Program-made: the position numbers and the translations under genes | Part shown: piece by piece, positions 53,701 to 63,667 of the stretch | Layout: each line of letters starts with the position of its first letter | How positions within the stretch are numbered: position 1 is the stretch's first letter | Notes under the pieces: model-generated | Database searches by the model: none | Told to the model about the DNA's origin: nothing | Seen by the model: only the letters and a program-made list of their open reading frames with translations | DNA from: Paramecium tetraurelia | Lineage: Eukaryota | DNA: 63,667 bases | NCBI GenBank assembly: GCA_000165425.1 | Contig: CT868518.1 | Coordinates: 248,001-311,667, forward strand | Reading direction: 5' to 3'

Positions 53701-55334
53701 ATAATTTTGAGGATTGTGAATACGGATTGATGATTTGGAATTTTTTAACAATATGGTATGCTGTTGATTAAAAGATTTAAAAACACTAAATAAATTAGAA
53801 AAATTGATAAATCTCAAAAATATTTACTATAAAGTTTGGATAGATTTTCTATTAATGAGTATCAGAAGGTTTTGAAATAATATGCTAAATGCTCTTATTA
53901 ATTACCTCTTAGACATTATATTTAAGCATCAGATCGTAATCTTATTGAAGAGAAATTTATTTATGCTATGTCTTTTTTCCTAATGACAAAATAAGGTGAA
54001 TCTCTTTATTGATAACTTTGGGCAAAATTCAAAATGGTCTTATTTTTTGTTAGAACAGTGTTTCCCCTAAAATAATAGATTATTCGTAACTAACATTTAA
54101 AATTTGAATAAGCATTTATTAGCCAAGATCATTTGACTAGTTAAGTATATCTTCGACAGTTAATCTATTTTATAAGAAAATTTAAAAACGATTTAATGTT
54201 TTAACACAACTACTCTAAAGTTCATTGAAGTAATATTGTTAAATACGCAATTACTTAATACAATTTGAAAAAATGTCATATCTATTGTCATTAGTTACTA
54301 ATTCAAAAATTCACAAAAATTATTAACGATGAAGGATATAGTAGGAAAACATTTTTAAAAAGCATGTTCATATCTAATAAAAGATAGGAGTTTTTCTAAA
54401 CTTATAAACATTAGAGATGAATGTAAAAAAATACAAACATAAATAAATTTTTATGGTAATAGATTAAATTAAACCGAATACTTATATTATTTACAATAAT
54501 GTTTTTAAATTTTAATGATATAATGAATATATAACCACAATAATTGTAGTCCACATTTTATTGTATATTAAATTCAAAGAGAATAATCAGGTATCATATT
54601 AGTTTTTTTATCAAATTATTTAATAAATTGAATTAAAATTGAATAATCTTATGATGTGAAAAGGATATTAAATTACATCCAAAAATGTGTATTTTTTATA
54701 ATACTTTTAGTTTATTTGGTTCTTAATTTAAGATTTTTAAGCAAAATATTGGTCAATTGTTTTTCAACTAAAGAGAATATGTATAATCATCTTGAAAAAT
54801 TCTATTTAATTTAGATAGATATTAAATTTAAATAAATCATCAATTACAAATCCGAATACTTATACTTTAATTGTCATTCCTGAAATACAATTAAAGTAAT
54901 TTTAATTATTTAGAATGGGTATATTTTGGTATTGCTATTCTAATCAATAATATAAACTCAATAAATGAGACATAAATTGAAAATGATTTACGTATTTAAA
55001 CCGATTATATAAATTGTTAGAAAATTTGATATTTCAACCTATTTTAATCTAATTTACAATTGTTTAAATATATTTTCAGCTATTTATAATTTGTTGAAAT
55101 ACTTTATCAAACCATTTGTTTAATAGAAATAATAGGGCTTATTATCAATCATTATAAGATTAAAAATTACTTTTGAAAAAATATTATAATAAATCAATTG
55201 GAGAATGATGTTGTTATAAAAATAATTTAAATAAATTAATTTAGTGATAACAAAAAATTAGAATGCATTTCCTTTGATAAAAAAAAAAAATTTTCATTCA
55301 ATATTTAATTAAATACCCAAAAGTTGAATTGATA

Positions 55335-57469
55335 ATGATTAATTTGAAGTAAACATCATAGAATTTAAAATTGATTGAATAATCAGAAAATGTTTAACAA
55401 TACTAGAAATATAATTTATTAGACAAAAAAGTTTATGCCAAACATAATGAGTATTAAGACAGAAATTGGAAGTTGATAAAAGAGGCAGAAGAATAAATAT
55501 TGAATTGCAAATTATAATATTTAAAAGAAAATGAGATGAGAAAATCTTAAAATATAGAAATTTTAAATCATCTTAAAGAAAATCTTATATAAATCTAATA
55601 ATCTATGGTCTAAAAAATTGAAGAAATAATTACATTTATAAACAAACAATTAAATCATCTTTCTAATATAAAAATTGAAGATAATTTTTAATATAAAGAT
55701 GGATCTAATTAGAATTTAGATTATATTGAAAGAAGCTATTCATAATTCAAATACATATCATTCAATTTTAATGAAATCGAAACCCACATTTAATCACAAC
55801 TGAAGGCTTTAGATCTATCGGAATTTTTATAATATCATGAAGAAATGTTATCATGCATTAGATGTGAGAATTAAGGCAATTGTTAAGAATTTATGCCCTT
55901 TGGATTAGATCGGTTCCATTAAAATACTAATTGGTTTTGCGATTTGCACAATAAGTAATTAATGTTTGTTGACCTAAAATAAGTAAGTGTTGTTCCCAAT
56001 AGAATTGTATGTTCTAATTGTGTTCCTAAATATATAGTTTAGTTTACGGATTTTGATTAGTTTAAAATATTGTGGAACCAATTGGTTTCATATATTTCAA
56101 ATTTTTCAAATCTGCAAGATAGAAATTTTAGTAATAGTGTGTAGTCGGCACTTTAGTTGATAACATAATGGAAAGATTCATTTAATAATGTGATTGATGA
56201 ATCAATAATTTCATTAAAAAGTCTTTCTCTCAATCGAAGTAAAATGCTTGAATTACTGCTATAATTGATTAAAAAAGAATGGCTGTCATACTCAAAGGAT
56301 GAAATAATCTAAATTGCAGATATCCTTAGCCAATAAAATAAAGAAAAAGAATTCAAGGAGTAAATTTAATAAGAATTTAAAGCAAAATTGTAATCTATTT
56401 AAGATATACTAAATGAATTATTTATGAATCTATAATAGAAATTTTCTGATTTTAAACCAAATTAATGTTCCCTTCCGATTAAAGAAAAGAACGGTAAATA
56501 TTTAAAAATATAGTTTAAAAAAGAAATTCCTTCCTCAAAATCAGATACGGATAAACATAAAATCGCTAATAATGTAAGTGAATCATTTAAATATGAACTT
56601 TTGAAGAATTGCTCATTTAAAGATGATAAAATATATGCAATTACATTTAGCCAAGATTCCTCGTTTTTAATAGCAGGTTATTCACATGGGATAATCAAAG
56701 TGTTTCAATTTAGAAATGGATAAATGAAACAAACTTCGATTTTAAAGAATCATTAAGGCATAATTAGCTGTCTACATTTCTTAAGTAGTTGCCAATAGTT
56801 TGTCTCAGGAGCAACAGATTCAACTATTATAATATGGTAAATTAACGAAAAAAAAGAATGGATATGTTCATAAATCTTATAACGGCACACAGGTTGTATT
56901 AGAAGCATAATTTCGAACAATTGTGAAGATTTAATAATCTCATGTGGGGATGATTCAACTATATAATTCTGGAATAAAGATCTTTAATGGAATTGGCAGT
57001 AAAAGTTGATTGGGCATAAAAACAAAGTAGAAAGCATATCTTTGAATGAAGAAAGCACAAAATTGATATCATGTGCATATATGGACTTTACGATCTTGGT
57101 GAGTNNNNNNNNNNNNNNNNNNNNNNNNNNNNNNNNNNNNNNNNNNNNNNNNNNNNNNNNNNNNNNNNNNNNNNNNNNNNNNNNNNNNNNNNNNNNNNNN
57201 NNNNNNNNNNNNNNNNNNNNNNNNNNNNNNNNNNNNNNNNNNNNNNNNNNNNNNCTCTATAGTTCATTAAGTAAAACAAGGTGATACTGAATAAAACAGG
57301 GTATTTTATTAACTTAATTAAATTTAAATAAAATGGTGAATTCATAAATGGACAATCAATTAAATATCAAACTCAGTATATTCAAGGAGCTTTGACTAAT
57401 GATGGTTAATATTTTTTTTTTTGGGATGAAGCAACAAAAGAACTGCAAATTAGATACAATACAAGTTGA
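55335..57469 (+). CDS. WD40-repeat protein with a Cys/His N-terminal domain (ciliate-expanded family), interrupted by a gap
   Basis: FCDLHNKQ..IVCSNC followed by WD repeats (HQGIISCL..FVSGATDSTIIIW, HTGCIRSI..SCGDDSTIQFW, GHKNKVESI). Confidence 0.75.
57105..57254. other. Assembly gap (N run)
   Basis: Run of n. Confidence 1.
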
Positions 57470-59354
57470 AAAATTAGATTAAATTATTAAATAATATTTT
57501 ATATATTTATGACAGTTATGCATTTTCAAAACCCAATAAAATTTATTATTGTGTATCCTTTCTTAATTATTTTTAAACCCAACCACAATAAAAAATAAAG
57601 AATTTGAAGACTAAATCATCATTTTGAATTTTAAATAATCAAATAAGATTTTGAAGATATCTTTATGGTTTGAGATTCAGAATTATTTTATTTTAAAAAA
57701 TAAAGGGGACTTTTCGAATTTTACTGCTTCAAGTAATTTTTTCTTTGAACTTAAACAAGTAAATTTAGTCCTTATTCTACCATAACCCATAAAAATTATA
57801 ATGAAATAATCAACTTCATGATATGAATAATTATAGACATAGTAGATAAACTGAATTGAATATAATTTACACAAAATTCTCATATTTGAATTTATTTGAA
57901 TATTGTATAATAATTTAATTATTAATTCGTTGTTTCATAACTATTATTTCTAAATATAAAATCAAATATCATAATCGTTCTTAACATTTATGTCGGCTTA
58001 GATTTGACTGATATATTTATAAATCTATATTAAATATTTATGAAAATTTTGTATACAATTATGTTTCTACTTCATTGTTAAGAATATAAATTGATCCTGG
58101 TCTTCTCCAGGGGGGGTGTGATAATTATATATCTGTATTGCATGATAATATTTATTAGAGCTTAAAGTACTTAAATTTTGGATGTAATTCTGATACACTC
58201 CTCTTTGAGAAATTCTATCATCCATTGATGATTAAAATATAAATGTAGATAGACTTAAGTATTTTAAGGATTCTGCTTAATAATTTAATATTTAACCTTA
58301 ATTATCATTCTATTTATTTTTTTAATACCTTTTTATTACACTAATTAACTAGAATTGTATTACCCTACTTTAAGACCACTCATTACTAAACATTTTAAAC
58401 TTTAGATACTTTTCTTTTGATTCTCCTTCTCATTTTTTCATTAAGAGTTATTTTTAATAATTGCTTATCTATACTAATGGTTTTTTCAAACTTTTTGAAA
58501 CTACGAATTACAATTCACAAATTATCTATTTTCTCTCATAAACAGTGCTAATAGTTTATTAAAGTGATGAAATACTTTCTTATTTTTGGGACGAATTTGA
58601 TTTTCATTCTTGAAATTCATTCGTAACAAGTTGTATATAATTTAGAAATAGATATTTATCAGTCTAACTATTATAAAATAAAAGATGTTTCTATATACAA
58701 AAATTACACGAATTTTGAATTTTGTATTGATATAATATGTGATGATCAATCATATAGAAACTCTACTTGAATTTCAAAGTTATTCTAACAGGCTCTGGAG
58801 TTATATCGTCAGCTTATTTCTAAATTCCACCTTATTAAATTTTTATTTCAGATTAGTTTTTAATTTTAAAGTTTCCCCATCATATTTCTTACTTTTTGTT
58901 CCTTCCTCCATGTCTTTCCCTTTTCCATTTAGTCAAGGGCTATCTTTGCTTTCTTCTTTTAAGGCGCTACAATAGAACTTTTGAGTATTCTAAGCCTTTT
59001 TGATCTATAATTTGAATAATTCAAATACTGTAATTTTCTATGATTTATAAAAACAATCTATTTATTATAGATCTTAATATGAAAACCCCTCAACATGTTG
59101 AAATTCGGATATTTAAAAAATTAATGGTTTAGTGAAACAAAAAATAATGTATTCACTAACCAATCTAAATTTGGCAGCTTTTAGGTTGTGAGATCTAACA
59201 CCTATTTAAATAATTTAATTAAATCTATTTTTTTGAAAGTTTCAAAATTTATTGTTCGGAATTGAATGTGTTTTTGCCAAATCTATATACAATTTATGCT
59301 TCTTAATTTAAAATACCCTTTACCATCAAATTATTTATAATGTAAGTATTCTAG

Positions 59355-59996
59355 NNNNNNNNNNNNNNNNNNNNNNNNNNNNNNNNNNNNNNNNNNNNNN
59401 NNNNNNNNNNNNNNNNNNNNNNNNNNNNNNNNNNNNNNNNNNNNNNNNNNNNNNNNNNNNNNNNNNNNNNNNNNNNNNNNNNNNNNNNNNNNNNNNNNNN
59501 NNNNNNNNNNNNNNNNNNNNNNNNNNNNNNNNNNNNNNNNNNNNNNNNNNNNNNNNNNNNNNNNNNNNNNNNNNNNNNNNNNNNNNNNNNNNNNNNNNNN
59601 NNNNNNNNNNNNNNNNNNNNNNNNNNNNNNNNNNNNNNNNNNNNNNNNNNNNNNNNNNNNNNNNNNNNNNNNNNNNNNNNNNNNNNNNNNNNNNNNNNNN
59701 NNNNNNNNNNNNNNNNNNNNNNNNNNNNNNNNNNNNNNNNNNNNNNNNNNNNNNNNNNNNNNNNNNNNNNNNNNNNNNNNNNNNNNNNNNNNNNNNNNNN
59801 NNNNNNNNNNNNNNNNNNNNNNNNNNNNNNNNNNNNNNNNNNNNNNNNNNNNNNNNNNNNNNNNNNNNNNNNNNNNNNNNNNNNNNNNNNNNNNNNNNNN
59901 NNNNNNNNNNNNNNNNNNNNNNNNNNNNNNNNNNNNNNNNNNNNNNNNNNNNNNNNNNNNNNNNNNNNNNNNNNNNNNNNNNNNNNNNNNNNNNNN
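59355..59996. other. Assembly gap (N run)
   Basis: Run of n. Confidence 1.
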
Positions 59997-60239
59997 GAAA
60001 TAAAGCATTAATTTTTTGGAGATGGATATAAAATTGAATAAAATTCATGATTTTAATACAAATTTATTTTAAATAATAAATTGCCAATTGAAATAATCAA
60101 TATACCTTGGCTAATTATTCTAATTCTATCATAGTTGTAAGCCAAATTGTTATTTTCTGAAACAACTAAAATTATTAGAAATTATAGCAATAAAGAATGT
60201 AAAATTTCCACCTTCACATGATTTAAATTTTTTTTTTTT

Positions 60240-61210
60240 TAGAACTATCCAAAATCAGGCAGTATCATTACCTGTTTAAAATATTAATAGAAGGATTTCT
60301 AAAATAAACATGCGTCTGATAGTAAACTAACTGAGATTAATTGTACTCGAACTTCATTTCACTAACGAGTGGACAATCTGAAAATTAATATTTTCGAAAG
60401 AAATAAATTTCAAACAGCAGCTCATTTTGATTATAATTTCATTTTACTTAAAACACCTAGATTGATTAAGGTAATATGCGAATCAATCAAATTAAAAAAT
60501 TTGTGAAATTCATAAAACCATACTTTTTAATCTTTTCTCAATGAATTTTAATTAGGATAGGATATTGTCTTTCTTAAAAAATTCGAAAATAATTAAAGAT
60601 TTGTGGCTTAACTTTTCGACAAACAAAACTCAGAACACAAGGCTATTTTACCTAAAATAGAAATCCTATCAATTTACTTTATGCTTAACATTTATTATCC
60701 TTTGTTAATGAGAGCTATTAGCTTACATACTTAGATGTACTTATTCTCACAAGAGCTGCCATCCAAAATGTTGGTAAATGTTAGAGAAAAGAGAATGTCG
60801 AAGAATTATTCAAACATGAAATCACCTCAATATTATTGGAGCCATTGGATAAGATGGTTTTGCATGCTTGCAAGTTTGTAGCTGTGGTTTAATCAGTAAA
60901 GCTGTCATTTTTATAAGAATACGAAATTGTAGTAATTATTGATAACAGTCCAATTCATCACAGTAAATTTATATGAGAAGTTTTTTAAATTAGATTAATA
61001 GTTTATATTTCCTCTTTACACCTAAGTAATAAGGATTGAAAGAATTAGGAATATGTTGAAATAATAGATTGATAAAAAGTAACCAATGAATGAGTTTAAT
61101 TTATAGAGAGAATTCCATGTATGCTTAAAATGCATTCGTAAATTAACTATTGATAATTTTATCAAAAATGCATGGAGTTAAATATAATAAAAAATTGAAT
61201 AAAGAAATTT
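60240..61210 (+). mobile_element. Decayed IS630/Tc1-mariner transposase pseudo-ORF
   Basis: In order: KIRKQLKICGLTFRQTKLR, NIIGAIGQDG, IVVIIDNSPIHHSK (Asp at 60941) and PLYT..RIERIRNMLKQQI (Glu at 61038), with stops and frameshifts. Confidence 0.75.
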
Positions 61211-61953
61211 TTGATTGATTATTATTCCTATAAAATTTAACAAAACCTCAACCCTTTTTTCTAGTAATCAATCTTTCTGATATATTGAATACTTTTGGAT
61301 TTTAAGTAAGGAAGAAGAGAAAAATTTTGAAATAGACATTTAAGGAAATTCTATTCTCAAACAAAAAGATGAAGAAATTATATAGTACTTCTATAATTCA
61401 ATTAATTTATGGATTTAATGATATTTATGAAGATTAAATATATTACTACACCTTTTGTATCAATGGAGTTTTACATTTAGTCCTAATAAAATCAGCTAAA
61501 TTTCATGCAATTATAATTACTATGTTGTTTTTGAGCTTGTCCCTAAGACTTAGATAAATTATAATTGTAGATATCTTTTACATTTGAAAACTTATTTATT
61601 CCTATATGAATAAAATAATTCTAATGATTTTGGATCCAAAAAACAATACAGTTATAACCAAATTGGCTTTTCATAAAAACAATCTCTAATTTACGAATTA
61701 TTTTCAGAACAATTGTCCTGTAAATTTATTCGAAATGCATTTTTAATTATTTATTGAATTCTTTTGGAACTTTAGAATTTATTATTACATTCACTAATTA
61801 ACCTTAGATTGATAGAGAAATTACAATTTTAATTTATTTCAAACAATAAACAATAGAATATTTTTTGGAGATTAGCGCCATTAATAAACTATTCCATAAG
61901 ATATTTTTCTGATGATATAATATTTTGTTATTGATCATTAATAGTCATATAAA

Positions 61954-63414
61954 TCAAGAATATATAGTGTTAAGGCTATAGTAATCACTCTGCTCAATTG
62001 GAATTTCATTTTCAATACTTTCCAATCTCTCATGCTTTCTTTGATTAAGAGACAAAATATTAACATCTAAATTATTTAATAAGACCTATTCTGTTTTTCT
62101 TGAAGTGGATTTTGGTGTAGACTCTATTTCTTGAGTCTGTTGGTAAATAGAACTTAAACTAATTCCAATTGAGTGACATCGATCTATTTCCTCTCTTACC
62201 TTTATTGATCTTATTAAAAAATATAGCCTCGATATTTCATAGAGTATGTTTATAAGTGTCATTTTCAATTCCATTTAACTTTTAATGTGTCTGTAAAAGT
62301 GTTAAAATTCTTTAGGATCAATATGCTCATTTTTTAATTAAACTCTAATGATCTGCTATTTCCAATTTTTCAAGATTTTGATATTTTAGAATTGAGGGTA
62401 ATAAAATGAAATTAGATTATTTATAACCTATTAATGCAAAAAATAGGAGTTTAATTAGGTTATTAAAATTCTAACCATAAATAATACTGACACTATTGAC
62501 CCTATATTTGCCAAAATATCTGCAATGTTGGGGTATTCTAATATTGTTTTATACTGATTCCCTCTCATCTCAATATAGATTACAGAATAGGTCTCATAAC
62601 CAAATGCTTACCTACAATAAGGTACAGAATTAGTTTGAGATTGGATTTAGACTCCATTAACAAATTCATAATGATGTGGTTCTCCAAAAAGAAACTAATC
62701 TCTCACTTCATAATTTGTCGTCTGAAGATATGTATTCAAGGTATAGCAGTTTTCTTATTCAATTTAAATTAAAAATTCTTAAACACTTTATTCTATTGAC
62801 GAGTTTTTTGAGTTTAATTAATTGTAATGAATTTGCATTACTATCGTATTTAATGGTTATTTAAAGAAATCATCTATTATTTATTGAGGTGCGCACTTTT
62901 CATTTTCATTCAATAGTTCCTCTGAACATTTCACAAAGTAAATATACATCTCTGAAGTTGTCATTAAAGAACCATTTATTTAAGAAAATCCAAGTTTCAT
63001 TTAAGGTATCAGAAATTAATTTCCATTGTAACTGGTTTCATTCGAAAATTTGAGTACCTCAGTCTCAACAACAACATAATTCTCTGTGTAACTAATTAGA
63101 GGAATTAATATTTTGCTCTCAAAAGGATCAATTTTATCATTATGGTCTTTCCAATAATTAATTTTTATAATTCCATAATTCTAATCTAGTAATGAGAAAT
63201 CGGATGCATAAAGAAATGTGGATACTTTAGGATTTAATTAATAAGTATTCCACTTATAGAATTCCCAAATTGCATAGGCTAAGCTTGATGAAAAAATCAA
63301 TAGCGACACTACTCCTCCAAATATACTTTTATATATTTAAGCATTCTGATCTACTCTTTAAAACAGTGGTGCTCCAAACACATCCATTTATTTTAAGAAA
63401 TTGAAAATTTTCAT
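61954..63414 (-). CDS. Two-TM membrane protein with a large Cys-containing loop (ciliate 'DxFG..GG' family), 486 aa
   Basis: MDVFGAP..YKSIFGGVVSLLIF (TM1), a loop of about 270 aa with four Cys, and YPNIADILANIGSIVSVLF (TM2); intronless frame. Confidence 0.8.
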
Positions 63415-63667
63415 ATTAATTTATTTTTTTCGAAAAATAATAATTGATGTATATAACTGAATTCTTTTCTTACTGACCCTAAACAACCTCAAATTAAGGT
63501 AAGTAATCTAGATTATATCTAACATTAGAAAATGCAAATTATAATGATAGCTTAATATTTAATTCATAAAAAATAAAAAAATTTAATTCTAAATAATAAA
63601 CAATCTTTTATACTCCATTATTTTTCAAAGTAAATTTTTACTATTTTTGCTAGTCAGGATAAAACAC

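Noticed and set aside
52922..60048. ORFs made largely of X residues
   Set aside because: Artefacts of N gaps.
1969..62864. Most short ORFs in the supplied track (e.g. 1969-2178, 11083-11295, 25006-25281, 27687-27917, 62676-62864)
   Set aside because: They are antisense or off-frame shadows of real code-6 genes; the track used the wrong genetic code.
1..63667. Prokaryotic operon, defence system, rRNA/tRNA genes, retained IESs
   Set aside because: The sequence is eukaryotic with spliceosomal introns. I saw no rRNA or tRNA structure by eye and no gene interruption that required a TA-bounded IES; tRNAscan-SE and a MIC/MAC comparison would be needed to exclude them.

Overview
AT-rich eukaryotic DNA, almost certainly a Paramecium (ciliate) scaffold. 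TAA/TAG read as Gln (translation table 6), TGA is the only stop, introns are tiny (about 20-33 nt, GT..AG) and many intergenic spacers are under 50 nt. The supplied standard-code ORF track therefore shows only gene fragments. I re-read the window by hand with code 6. Positions 1-52.4 kb are gene-dense (about 28 genes): a Cys-repeat multipass membrane protein, an NDUFA12/NDUFAF2-family protein, riboflavin kinase, a divergent cullin, V-ATPase subunit a, a TPR protein, mitoribosomal mS34, a ~3000-aa BEACH protein, Cu/Zn SOD, a cNMP-binding protein, an aldehyde dehydrogenase, a degenerate chitin-synthase-like protein, a SHIPPO-repeat protein, a CNBD K+-channel-like protein, a Tubby protein, a Ser/Thr kinase, a nucleoside hydrolase, an acylaminoacyl peptidase and several decaying pseudogenes. 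From about 52.4 kb the sequence is gene-poor, has three N gaps and two decayed IS630/Tc1-mariner transposase remnants, plus a WD40 gene and a two-TM ENaC/P2X-like-topology gene. The most notable items are three apparently catalytically or functionally altered proteins (chitin-synthase-like, K+ channel with an NVGSSN filter, HAD-like domain on riboflavin kinase), a TPR gene that needs three non-canonical splice choices including a GA donor, and a possible intron-retention gene fusion. All family calls come from motif recognition by eye; no searches were run, and exon boundaries are manual estimates.
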